Assembly (NCBI GenBank): GCA_050949045.1
Contig: JBMNEZ010000001.1
Location: forward strand, 512,001 to 576,000
Length of the DNA: 64,000 bases
Source: Candidatus Izemoplasmatales bacterium
GTDB taxonomy: Bacteria > Bacillota_I > Bacilli_A > Izemoplasmatales > Hujiaoplasmataceae
Direction of reading: 5' to 3'
Part shown: positions 40,741 to 50,085 of the stretch, piece after piece
Layout: each line of letters opens with the position of its first letter
Position numbering within the stretch: position 1 is the first letter of the stretch
Made by a program: the position numbers and the translations under genes
The notes under the pieces: generated by a model
Told to the model about the DNA's origin: nothing
Databases searched by the model: none
The model's input: only the letters and a program-made list of their open reading frames with translations

Positions 40741-42204
40741 ATGGGCATCAAGCTATATATATTGTTGGGGGTTATTCTTCTCCTAGTCGTGCTTGTCATG
40801 ACAGCTGTTGTGAGAGCGCTGCTTCTCAAAGACAAAGATGTTTTGAAACCGCTTGATCGGCTTTCACCCGAAAAGAAAAGACAATACGCCGAAGGCTTGT
40901 TGCGGCTGATTGCTCACCAAACCATCGCAGGAAAACCGGGAGAAACCAAAAAGGAGTTCAAAGCGCTCCACAATGAATTGGAGTTATTATTCCCTCTCGT
41001 TCATAAACATTGTGAGCGGACTGTTTTTGAGGGAGGATCGCTACTGTTCCGCTGGCCGGGGAAAAGCCGTGAACAGCCGATTATTTTAATGGCACATCAA
41101 GATGTCGTTCCCGCAACAGCTTCAGAATGGTCTGTCGATCCCTTCAAAGGCGACATCGTCGAAGACAAGGTTATCGGGCGGGGCTCCTTTGACACTAAAG
41201 CGACCTTGTATGCATTTCTCCAAGCCGCCGAGGAACTGCTCGCAGACGGTTTTGTACCTGAGGTCGACATCTATTTTTCTTCATCTTCGGACGAAGAGAT
41301 CTCAGGTGGCGGCGCCGAGATTGCTGTTTCTTATTTGGAGAAACAAGGAATCAAGCCCTTGATGGTTCTCGACGAAGGGGGAGCGATCGTCTCCGGCGCC
41401 CTCCCGTCATTGAAAAGGCATCTGGCGTTGATTGGGGTCATCGAAAAAGGGTTTCTGAATCTCAGGTTCACTGCCAAATCGACAGGAGGGCACTCTTCGA
41501 CACCTCCCAAAAATTCGCCGATACCGCGGTTGGCGCGATTTATCGCCAGGGTGGAAAAACATTTTCCGCTTAAAACGAAGATGATCCCCGAGGTCAGAGA
41601 CATGTTTCAAACTGCTTCAAGATCGATGTCTTTCCCCTATCGCCTGCTTTTTGGGAACATCTGGCTGTTTAAAGGACTGATCTGTTGGCTATTACCGCGG
41701 ATCAATCCCTACGGAAGAGCTTTGTTCTCGACCACAATTGCCTTCACAATGATGAAGGGATCTGATGCCGCCAATGTCATTCCCTCCGAGGCGCATGTCC
41801 TTTGTAATCTAAGGACCCATCCGATCCAAGATATTGAATCGACAGTAGCGGTCCTGTCCAAGATTGCCCGTAAATATAATATCGATTGCGAAATCATCGA
41901 GGGAAGAGAAGCGACACCAATTGTCAACACAAAAGGAGTTGCCTACAACTATCTTGTCTCAGAGATTAGAAAGAATTTTCCCGATGTGCTGGTTTCACCC
42001 TACATCATTTTTGGCGGCACGGATGCACGCTTCTTTACGAGAATCACTGACTCCGCTCTCCGTTTTTCACCAGTCAGGATCACTAACGACGATTTGAAGA
42101 AAATGCATGGTATCGACGAGTGCATTGAGGTTAGATCGCTCGCCGAGGCGGTGGTCTTTTATAAGAGCTTCATGAGTGATTTCAAGAAAACTGAAAAAGT
42201 ATGA
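40741..42204 (+). CDS. M20-family metallopeptidase/amidohydrolase (carboxypeptidase S-like), N-terminal anchor
   Basis: LMAHQDVVP, GRGSFDTK, DEE, DEGG, GGHSS.PP, GGTDARF, MHGIDE. Confidence 0.9.
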   Translation: MGIKLYILLGVILLLVVLVMTAVVRALLLKDKDVLKPLDRLSPEKKRQYAEGLLRLIAHQTIAGKPGETKKEFKALHNELELLFPLVHKHCERTVFEGGSLLFRWPGKSREQPIILMAHQDVVPATASEWSVDPFKGDIVEDKVIGRGSFDTKATLYAFLQAAEELLADGFVPEVDIYFSSSSDEEISGGGAEIAVSYLEKQGIKPLMVLDEGGAIVSGALPSLKRHLALIGVIEKGFLNLRFTAKSTGGHSSTPPKNSPIPRLARFIARVEKHFPLKTKMIPEVRDMFQTASRSMSFPYRLLFGNIWLFKGLICWLLPRINPYGRALFSTTIAFTMMKGSDAANVIPSEAHVLCNLRTHPIQDIESTVAVLSKIARKYNIDCEIIEGREATPIVNTKGVAYNYLVSEIRKNFPDVLVSPYIIFGGTDARFFTRITDSALRFSPVRITNDDLKKMHGIDECIEVRSLAEAVVFYKSFMSDFKKTEKV

Positions 42205-42209
42205 TATTG

Positions 42210-42232
42210 ATAGCGGGAACCCCCGCTATTTT
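42210..42232 (+). terminator. Intrinsic terminator
   Basis: ATAGCGGG-aacc-CCCGCTAT-TTT. Confidence 0.8.
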
Positions 42233-42343
42233 CATTTTGAATAAGTGGACAGATGCGGATATTTTTGTTATAATTTAGAAGGCATCAGCCCGGTCCTTTG
42301 GTTATGCCCGGAGTTAGTGCAGACTGGGAGAGTCGTGTAGATT

Positions 42344-43195
42344 ATGGTTATAATCGGTCAGTTCAACCGCTTAGCGGTGCTTCGCGAGACAGACATAGCC
42401 TTTTTGCTTACAGATGGGCAAGAGGAGATTTTTTTGCACAAGAAAGAAGCACTTGCATCCTACAAACCAAACGATCTCATTGATGTCTATGTTTATGTTG
42501 ATAATCAAGGCCGAAAGACTGCTTCGACCAGAAGCCCCTTCATCACCCTTGACCAAGGCGCTTTTTTGAAGGTCGTGAGCGTCAATCCTGCTTACGGCGT
42601 TTTTCTCGACAACAATCTGATCAAAGATCTCCTGCTTTCGAAAGATGACTTGCCACTCAACCTTGATTTATGGCCACAGCCTGGAGATTCCCTTTTTGTC
42701 GTCATGAAGGAAAAGAAGGGCAACTTGTTTGCCAAATTCGTTGGGCGCAAAGAGATTATCGGTTATTTTGCCAAACCACCTTCGCTAGAACTACATCTCA
42801 GTGTACCTGCGAACGTGATGTACATCGTCGATGAGGGGATTATTTGCTTCACCGCTTCCGGACAAGAGATCTTTGTCCATAAGAACAATATGCGAGAAAC
42901 TCATCGTCTCGGTGAACTCGTTCACCCGAAAATCGTCAGGGAGGCTTCGACTTTTTCCTATAGCGGTACACTCATCGCTCAAAAGGAAGCGATGATCGGA
43001 GCCGATGCCAACGCTGTGCTTCTCTATCTTAAAAAACATGGTGGACGCATGCGTTTCACTGACAAATCCGAAGCCGATTTGATCCAGTCGGCTTTCAAAA
43101 TGAGCAAATCGGCATTCAAACGTGCGCTCGGATCACTATATAAACAAGGACTTATCGAACTAGATTCGACTGAAACAAGAATAATCAAACAATAA
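42344..43195 (+). CDS. cvfB: S1-domain RNA-binding protein CvfB/YitL
   Basis: IGQFNRL.V, G.FLD...KDLL, C-terminal TDKS....I...F.MSK.AFKRALG.LYK. Confidence 0.9.
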   Translation: MVIIGQFNRLAVLRETDIAFLLTDGQEEIFLHKKEALASYKPNDLIDVYVYVDNQGRKTASTRSPFITLDQGAFLKVVSVNPAYGVFLDNNLIKDLLLSKDDLPLNLDLWPQPGDSLFVVMKEKKGNLFAKFVGRKEIIGYFAKPPSLELHLSVPANVMYIVDEGIICFTASGQEIFVHKNNMRETHRLGELVHPKIVREASTFSYSGTLIAQKEAMIGADANAVLLYLKKHGGRMRFTDKSEADLIQSAFKMSKSAFKRALGSLYKQGLIELDSTETRIIKQ

Positions 43196-43209
43196 TGGTG
43201 GTGTAAACG

Positions 43210-43935
43210 ATGGGAAGAGCCCATGAAGTTAGAAAAGTAGCCATGCAACGGACTAGTTTGCTTAAGAGCAAGCTCTACTCCAAATTTGGTAAAGAAATAT
43301 ATATGGCCGCCAAGACCGGCGGCCCCGATCCCGATAGCAACCTCGCCCTCAAGCGCGTCATTGACCGGGCAAAGCAAAGCCAGGTCCCCGCTGATGTAAT
43401 CAAACGCAACATCGAAAAATCAAAAGGGGGCGCCGGCGAAGACTACTTCCCTGTCCGTTACGAGGGCTTCGGCCCCGGTGGTTCGACATTAATCGTCGAG
43501 TGTTTGACCGACAACATCAACCGGACTTTCGGTGATGTCAGAAACTGCTTCACTAAAACCGGTTGTAAGTTGGGACTGGCTAACAGCGTCTTATATATGT
43601 ATCAATTCGCGTCTTTGCTCAGCGTCAGCGGCATTGATGAGGAGAGCGCCCTTGAGGCAATCGTTGTCGCCGAAGTCGACATTGAAGACATCGAATCGGA
43701 GGAAGACATCGTCACGATCATCGGGGCACCTCAAGACCTTGATAAAATCAAGGATGCTTTGGTTGCGACGGGACGCGAACTTGAGTTTCTCGTAGACAAG
43801 GTCACCTACATTCCCTCAGAGTATGTCGATCTCGATGTCGATGACATGGATAAGTTCCAACGATTTCTCGAGATGACCGACGCATTGGATGATGTCAAAG
43901 AAGTATTTCACAATGTCAATCTTCCGCAGGAATAG
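43210..43935 (+). CDS. yebC: YebC/PmpR-family protein
   Basis: MGRAHE...GGPDPDSNLAL...YEGFGPGG...VECLTDN.NRT...DDV.EVFHN. Confidence 0.93.
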   Translation: MGRAHEVRKVAMQRTSLLKSKLYSKFGKEIYMAAKTGGPDPDSNLALKRVIDRAKQSQVPADVIKRNIEKSKGGAGEDYFPVRYEGFGPGGSTLIVECLTDNINRTFGDVRNCFTKTGCKLGLANSVLYMYQFASLLSVSGIDEESALEAIVVAEVDIEDIESEEDIVTIIGAPQDLDKIKDALVATGRELEFLVDKVTYIPSEYVDLDVDDMDKFQRFLEMTDALDDVKEVFHNVNLPQE

Positions 43936-44039
43936 TAGTTTTCATTGGTATCTTTTCAAACTGAGAATCGGTGAAAAAATATTTGATTCAAAGACACCCA
44001 ATCAATATTAAAATGATATAATATTCAAGAGGTGAGACC

Positions 44040-44609
44040 ATGAATCTGCCAAATAAATTGACGATGTTAAGAGTTCTCATGATTCCGCTTTTGATTATTG
44101 TCTATTTGTTAAAAAACTATTTTCCTACTGCTTATCTTTGGATCATGGGTATCCTCTTTCTAGTCGCTGCACTCACTGATTATTTTGATGGAGTAATCGC
44201 CCGGAAGCGTAATATTGTGACGACTTTTGGCAAGTTCATGGATCCGCTTGCGGATAAACTCCTGGTTTTGACTGCACTAATCATTCTCGCGGACAATCAT
44301 TTTTACGTTGACTGGATGTGGATGCCATTTTGGTTTGTCTTGATCATCCTTGGCCGCGAACTAATCGTGACCGCCATCAGATTGGTTGCGGTCAGCGAGG
44401 GAAAAGTCATCGCCGCCTCAAATCTTGGAAAACTTAAAACCGGCTCCACGATGGTCGCTATCTTATGGTATTTCTTCCTGATGAATATCAATAATCCCGT
44501 TATCAATGTCATCGGCTGGGTGTTGATGGGCATCGCTTTATTATTCACCATCGTCTCCGGTGTCGATTATTTCTGGAAAAACCGCAAACTGATTTTTCAG
44601 TCTATTTAA
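44040..44609 (+). CDS. pgsA: CDP-diacylglycerol--glycerol-3-phosphate 3-phosphatidyltransferase
   Basis: MNLPNKLT..R, TDYFDG.IAR...T.FGKFMDPLADK. Confidence 0.95.
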   Translation: MNLPNKLTMLRVLMIPLLIIVYLLKNYFPTAYLWIMGILFLVAALTDYFDGVIARKRNIVTTFGKFMDPLADKLLVLTALIILADNHFYVDWMWMPFWFVLIILGRELIVTAIRLVAVSEGKVIAASNLGKLKTGSTMVAILWYFFLMNINNPVINVIGWVLMGIALLFTIVSGVDYFWKNRKLIFQSI

Positions 44610-44669
44610 AGAATCATTCGGCTTAAAGCGTATTATCTATAGAGAGCCGAAAAGAACTGGAGGCCGCCA

Positions 44670-45665
44670 ATGGCAGATGAAAGCAGAAAGAAAAGTTTAG
44701 AAATCGCACTCAAGGAAATCGAGAAGGAATACGGAAAAGGCGCAGTTATGATACTCGGCGAAGCTAGTTCGACATTGAATGTCGAAGCCATTTCCACCGG
44801 TTCGATCGCCCTTGACGCCGCTCTTGGCGTCGGCGGCTACCCAAGGGGGAGGATCGTCGAAATCTTCGGCCCGGAATCCACCGGCAAGACGACTTTTGCC
44901 CTCCATGCGATCGCAGAAGTCCAGAAACGTGGCGGCTATGCCGCTTTCATTGACGCGGAACATGCTCTTGATCCCGTCTATGCAAAGGCTTTGGGAGTCG
45001 ATATCGACTCACTAATTTTGTCACAACCAGATACCGGCGAACAAGGGCTTGAGATCGCCGAGACTCTCATTAGAAGCGGCGCTGTTGATATCATGGTCGT
45101 CGATTCGGTCGCGGCTTTGGTTCCCGAAGCTGAGATCAGAGGCGAGATGGGCGACAGCCATGTCGGCTTGCAGGCAAGGCTAATGAGCCAAGCGATGCGA
45201 AAATTATCGGGCGTTCTATCCAAATCACAATGCATAGCGATTTTTATCAATCAGATCAGGGAAAAGGTCGGGGTTATGTTTGGTAACCCGGAAACGACTC
45301 CGGGTGGTCGAGCGCTCAAATTCTATGCTTCGGTCCGGCTCGAGATCAGAAGGGGCGAGCAACTCAAAGAGGGCACATCTTTCATCGGCAATCAAGTCAA
45401 AGTCAAAGTTGTGAAAAACAAGGTTGCAGCACCCTTCAAATCGTGCGTCATCGATATCATCTACGGCAAGGGCATTTCCAAATCCGGAGAGGTCGTCGAC
45501 CTCGCTACTGAACTCGACATCATCAAGAAAAGCGGTTCTTGGTATGCCTATAAGGATCAAAAGATCGGGCAGGGGCGGGAAAACACCAAAAAATATCTCG
45601 AAGAAAATCCTGAGTTGTACAAAGAACTCACCGAATTAGTCCGCGAACGCTTCAACATACAATAA
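44670..45665 (+). CDS. recA: Recombinase RecA
   Basis: [32 protein letters not shown]. Confidence 0.98.
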   Translation: MADESRKKSLEIALKEIEKEYGKGAVMILGEASSTLNVEAISTGSIALDAALGVGGYPRGRIVEIFGPESTGKTTFALHAIAEVQKRGGYAAFIDAEHALDPVYAKALGVDIDSLILSQPDTGEQGLEIAETLIRSGAVDIMVVDSVAALVPEAEIRGEMGDSHVGLQARLMSQAMRKLSGVLSKSQCIAIFINQIREKVGVMFGNPETTPGGRALKFYASVRLEIRRGEQLKEGTSFIGNQVKVKVVKNKVAAPFKSCVIDIIYGKGISKSGEVVDLATELDIIKKSGSWYAYKDQKIGQGRENTKKYLEENPELYKELTELVRERFNIQ

Positions 45666-45691
45666 GAAAACCGGAAGGTTTTCTTTTTTTT
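45664..45691 (+). terminator. Intrinsic terminator
   Basis: AAGAAAACC-ggaa-GGTTTTCTT-TTTTT. Confidence 0.8.
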
Positions 45692-45703
45692 AAGAAATAA
45701 TTT

Positions 45704-45732
45704 TTGACTATAAGGCAGAGTTATAATATAAT
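45704..45732 (+). promoter_or_regulatory. SigA promoter of rny
   Basis: TTGACT, 17 nt, TATAAT. Confidence 0.65.
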
Positions 45733-45824
45733 GTAAGAGTAGAATTTGTGTATTAACGGCAAAGGGTTTTTGAGTAGCCCTCTGCTATTACATACCAATA
45801 ACTTAATCTAATGGAGGTAATAAT

Positions 45825-47387
45825 ATGGATGCATTGATTATTATTTCCAGTTTGCTCGGAGGCTTGTTGGTAGGCTTTCTTATTGGATATCTCGTTCGCG
45901 TTGCGGTCGTCGAAAAAGGTTTCCAAACAGCTAAAAACAATGCTCAAAACCTCATTGATGAAGCTAATGTGTTAGCGGAAAAAATCAAAAAAGAGAAACT
46001 TTTAGAAGCGAAACAAGAACTTTACAATCTGAATATTGAGAACGATAAACTCATCAAGGAAAAACGTGCGATGGTCGCCGAACTTGAACACAAACTCGGC
46101 CAGCGTGAGGAGATGCTAGAGCGTCGTTCCGCAAATCTTGACAAGCGTGAAATGAATCTGGATCGTAAAGAAGAAGTTCTCGATGAAAAGAAGAAAACTC
46201 TTGAAGAGAAAAATAGCAAATTGGACAGCGTCATCCAGGAACAAAACGTTAAACTGCTAGAAATAGCGAATTTCACAGAAGAACAAGCTAGATCTGTCAT
46301 CATGGAACGTGTAGAAAAAGATATGGCCGCCGAAATTGACCGCTTTCTCCGTGACCAGGAAGACAATGCGCGCATGGAAGCCCAAAAGACAGCCAGAGAG
46401 GTCATCACCCAGGCGATCCAAAAATATGCCCAGGATGTCACAACCGAATCAACCGTCTCGGTTGTATCCCTGCCGAACGACGAGATGAAAGGCAGACTAA
46501 TCGGCCGTGAGGGCCGCAATATCAGAGCGATCGAAGCATTGACCGGAGTTGACCTGATCATCGATGATACTCCCGAAGCCGTCGTCTTATCAGGATTCGA
46601 TCCGATCAGGAGAGAAATAGCGAAAAAATCCGTTGAATCCTTGATCGCCGATGGACGCATCCATCCGGCGAGGATCGAAGAAATCGTCGAAAAGACCCGA
46701 GTAGAAACCGACCAGTTCATCCGTGACATCGGCGCCAAAGCCGTTTTTGAGACCGGTGTCGGCAAAATGCACCCCGATCTCGTCAAACTGCTTGGCCGAC
46801 TTCACTTCCGCACATCCTACGGACAAAACGCCTTGCAACACTCGATCGAGACCGCGTTCTTCGCGGGCAAGATGGCCGTTGAACTCGGTGAGAACGAAGT
46901 TATTGCCAAACGTGCTGGGCTTCTGCACGACATCGGCAAGGCCGTCGACCATGAGATCGAAGGCTCACATGTCGATATCGGCATGAATCTCGCCACAAGG
47001 TATCACGAACATAAAGCCGTCATTGATGCGATCAGCTCCCATCACGGAGACAAGGAACCCTCGACAATCATCGGTGTTCTAGTCGCCGCCGCCGACGCTC
47101 TGTCTGCCGCAAGACCGGGCGCGAGAAGCGAATCGATGGAAAACTATATCAATCGTTTGACCCAGCTCGAGGAGATCAGCAAATCTGTCGAAGGTGTCGA
47201 TCAGGCCTATGCGATTCAGGCAGGTCGTGAGATCCGCGTGATCGTCAAACCGAACGAGGTTGACGACCAAAAGACATATATCGTTGCGAGGGAAATCAAA
47301 CAACAGCTCGAAAGCAAACTGTCTTATCCCGGAACTATCAAAGTTACGGTTATCCGAGAAACTAGAGCTCAAGAAATAGCAAAATAA
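45825..47387 (+). CDS. rny: Ribonuclease Y
   Basis: N-terminal TM, coiled coil, KH ([13 protein letters not shown]), HD (LLHDIGK), SAARPGAR. Confidence 0.97.
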   Translation: MDALIIISSLLGGLLVGFLIGYLVRVAVVEKGFQTAKNNAQNLIDEANVLAEKIKKEKLLEAKQELYNLNIENDKLIKEKRAMVAELEHKLGQREEMLERRSANLDKREMNLDRKEEVLDEKKKTLEEKNSKLDSVIQEQNVKLLEIANFTEEQARSVIMERVEKDMAAEIDRFLRDQEDNARMEAQKTAREVITQAIQKYAQDVTTESTVSVVSLPNDEMKGRLIGREGRNIRAIEALTGVDLIIDDTPEAVVLSGFDPIRREIAKKSVESLIADGRIHPARIEEIVEKTRVETDQFIRDIGAKAVFETGVGKMHPDLVKLLGRLHFRTSYGQNALQHSIETAFFAGKMAVELGENEVIAKRAGLLHDIGKAVDHEIEGSHVDIGMNLATRYHEHKAVIDAISSHHGDKEPSTIIGVLVAAADALSAARPGARSESMENYINRLTQLEEISKSVEGVDQAYAIQAGREIRVIVKPNEVDDQKTYIVAREIKQQLESKLSYPGTIKVTVIRETRAQEIAK

Positions 47388-47438
47388 ACCCGCTAGCCTT
47401 CCCCAAACGGAAGGCTATGCTCTTAAAGGGGCGAGCAA

Positions 47439-48203
47439 ATGAAAATTCTCTTTGTTGGCGATGTTTTTATGGATCGGGGCCGCGAGGCATTCTCGAAGTT
47501 TTTCCCCCAAGTTAAAACTGAGTACAGACCCCATCTCACAATTGTCAACGGTGAAAATATCACCGCCGGCAACGGCTTGTCAGATGCAATCTACAAGGAA
47601 TACATGGCCAAGGGTGTCAGCGCTTTTACCCTTGGCAACCATGCCTTCTCGCGCAAAGACGCACCAGTGGTATTGCAGTATGAAAACGTTGTGAGGCCGG
47701 CCAACTATGGGCCCGGAACCCTCGGCAAAGGTTATGCCACGATCCGGTTCAATGATAGAAAAGTGACGGTCGTCAACCTTCTTGGCCGCATCTTCATGCG
47801 CGACCCCATCGACAATCCGTTCACGGTGATGGACAAATTGCTCGATGAAATCGAATCCGATCACATCATCGTTGATTTTCACGCCGAGGCGACCAGTGAA
47901 AAATATGCTTTGGCCAATTATTTGGACGGTCGTGTCGACGCTTTGATCGGGACTCATACCCATGTCCAGACCGCAGATGAGGCTAGATTTCCGAAGGGGA
48001 TGCTCTACATCACCGATGTCGGCATGAGCGGCGTTCGGTTCTCAATCATCGGCGGAGAAATCAAACAGGGCATCAGGAAATTCGTTTCCGGTGTCCCTGA
48101 ACGGGTCTACCCTGAAAAAGAAGGGCCGCTACAGTTCAATGCTGTTCTCCTTGATCTTGATTTCAGAGAGATCACGAGGATCAGTTTGAAAGAAGAGCTT
48201 TGA
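47439..48203 (+). CDS. ymdB: YmdB-like metallophosphoesterase
   Basis: KILFVGDV, VNGEN, TLGNH, DFHAEATSEK, GTHTHVQT; follows rny. Confidence 0.93.
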   Translation: MKILFVGDVFMDRGREAFSKFFPQVKTEYRPHLTIVNGENITAGNGLSDAIYKEYMAKGVSAFTLGNHAFSRKDAPVVLQYENVVRPANYGPGTLGKGYATIRFNDRKVTVVNLLGRIFMRDPIDNPFTVMDKLLDEIESDHIIVDFHAEATSEKYALANYLDGRVDALIGTHTHVQTADEARFPKGMLYITDVGMSGVRFSIIGGEIKQGIRKFVSGVPERVYPEKEGPLQFNAVLLDLDFREITRISLKEEL

Positions 48204-48220
48204 TTCGGAAAGGCCATAGC

Positions 48221-49648
48221 ATGTCAAACTATCATCTTCCCAACCAGCGCATAGCTGGAAAGAGGACGAAAGACCTGGCAAAGAAGCGGGACTTTGTGCT
48301 TGATCCCGCTTTTTTTGGTTTGGGAAAAGGACGCTCGTTTTTTATCAAGACATATGGTTGTCAGGCGAACGAAGCCGATTCCGAGGCGATCTCCGGGTTG
48401 ATGGTTGCCTGCGGGTTTGATGTCGCTGAAAATTATGAGAGTGCGGATTTCATCATTGTCAACACCTGTGCCGTCCGGGAAAATGCCGAGAAAAAAGTCT
48501 ATGGCTTGCTTGGCGGATTCAAGGACTTAAAACGAAAGAACCCGAATCTCAAACTCATCGTTGCCGGTTGCATGATGCAACAAGAAACTGTAGTCGAACG
48601 GATTATCAAGACATTCAGACACGTCGATATCGTGATCGGAACCCATAATATCGATCGCCTACCCGCTTATATCGCCCGTCATGATCGCGAGCAACGCCAA
48701 TTGATCGAAGTGTTGAGCGCTGAAGGGGAAGTAATCGAGAAATTTCCTCTTCTGCGTTCTCACCGCTATAAGGCTTTGGTCAATATCATGTACGGATGCG
48801 ATGAGTTCTGTACCTACTGCATTGTTCCTTACACCAGAGGAAAGGAACGCTCCCGTCAACTCGCTGACATTGTGGAAGAAGTGAAGTCACTTGCCAATGC
48901 AGGATATCAGGAAGTCACGCTGCTCGGACAAAACGTCAACGCCTATGGACTAGATTTCAATGATCGCGGTCAGACTTTTCCCGAGTTGCTTAGACGACTT
49001 CAACGGCTGCCGATTCCGCGCATCAGATTCACAACCAGCCATCCAAAGGACTTTTCAAAAGAACTCGTTGATGTCCTGGCGACCGGCGGCAATCTAATGC
49101 CTTCGATCCACCTTCCCGTTCAATCGGGATCAAATCGAATTTTACGGGCGATGAACAGAAAATATACTAGCGAAAGTTATTTAGAACTTGTCGATTATAT
49201 TTATGAGAAAATCCCGGGAATCTCGCTCTCCACTGATATCATCGTCGGTTTTCCCGGAGAAAGCGATGCCGATTTTGAGGCAACTCTCAACCTGGTTGAA
49301 CTTGCCCGTTTCGAAGGCGCCTACACCTTCATTTATTCTCCCCGTCCAAACACACCCGCCGCAAAACTGACGGACACATTGCCGATTGAAATCAAGAAGG
49401 AAAGGTTGTACCGCTTGAATGCCCTCGTCAATGCCGGTTTCAAAAGAGGAAACGAACGTTTTTTGAACGAAGTTGTTCCAGTTCTTGTCGATGGAGTCTC
49501 GAAGACCGATCCCAGACACTATTCCGGGTATACTCCCAATCAAAAACTCGTCAACTTTGTCGCAATTCCTTCAGATGTCGGTAAGATCAGACCGGTGAAG
49601 ATTACCGAGGCGATGACTTGGACCCTAAACGGCGAGATACTGGAATGA
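48221..49648 (+). CDS. miaB: tRNA-2-methylthio-N6-dimethylallyladenosine synthase
   Basis: TYGCQ.N..DS, NTCAVRENAE, GCDEFCTYC, RFTTSHP, TRAM domain. Confidence 0.95.
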   Translation: MSNYHLPNQRIAGKRTKDLAKKRDFVLDPAFFGLGKGRSFFIKTYGCQANEADSEAISGLMVACGFDVAENYESADFIIVNTCAVRENAEKKVYGLLGGFKDLKRKNPNLKLIVAGCMMQQETVVERIIKTFRHVDIVIGTHNIDRLPAYIARHDREQRQLIEVLSAEGEVIEKFPLLRSHRYKALVNIMYGCDEFCTYCIVPYTRGKERSRQLADIVEEVKSLANAGYQEVTLLGQNVNAYGLDFNDRGQTFPELLRRLQRLPIPRIRFTTSHPKDFSKELVDVLATGGNLMPSIHLPVQSGSNRILRAMNRKYTSESYLELVDYIYEKIPGISLSTDIIVGFPGESDADFEATLNLVELARFEGAYTFIYSPRPNTPAAKLTDTLPIEIKKERLYRLNALVNAGFKRGNERFLNEVVPVLVDGVSKTDPRHYSGYTPNQKLVNFVAIPSDVGKIRPVKITEAMTWTLNGEILE

Positions 49649-49860
49649 TGCGGAGATCGTGTTTATCGACCAATCTAGAGCAACTTATGCCCATATACTA
49701 CTCCAAAAAATTATAGGCGTCGTTGAAAGGAAAATAGCCTCTTTTCGGTCACATAGCAAACAACTTTTTTCAAGGAAAGCATGTTAAAATATCCGTATAT
49801 GGCCTAAATAACACGTTTCACAAGCAAACGGATCATCCTTCCCTCCAATATATAGTGTTC

Positions 49861-49966
49861 CCCTCGTCAGTGATCATGTCATTTTGCATTTAGGCTCAAA
49901 TGAGTTAGTCCGAGCGATTCAAACCTGTCTTGACAACATACTCACGCACGACAAGCGTGACGAAAG
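49861..49966 (-). ncRNA. Candidate structured RNA, family unassigned
   Basis: Nested helices that pair via G-U only on the minus strand, with an upstream TTGACT, 16 nt, TATCTT promoter-like signal; see findings. Confidence 0.45.
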
Positions 49967-50085
49967 CCAAAGATAATGCCAATCTGAAGAAAGTCAAGGA
50001 AATCGCTAAATTTATTGGTTTATCTCTTGAATTATTTTTTACGGTATAGTAATATTAGAGTAACATTGAGAGAAAAGGTGAGAGT

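Noticed and set aside
44610..44670. LexA (Cheo) box before recA
   Set aside because: No GAAC-N4-GTTC found.
46022..46786. Long antisense ORFs (e.g. 46022-46786, 30479-31204, 4764-5324, 50725-51240)
   Set aside because: Shadows of well-conserved genes on the opposite strand, with no RBS or motifs.
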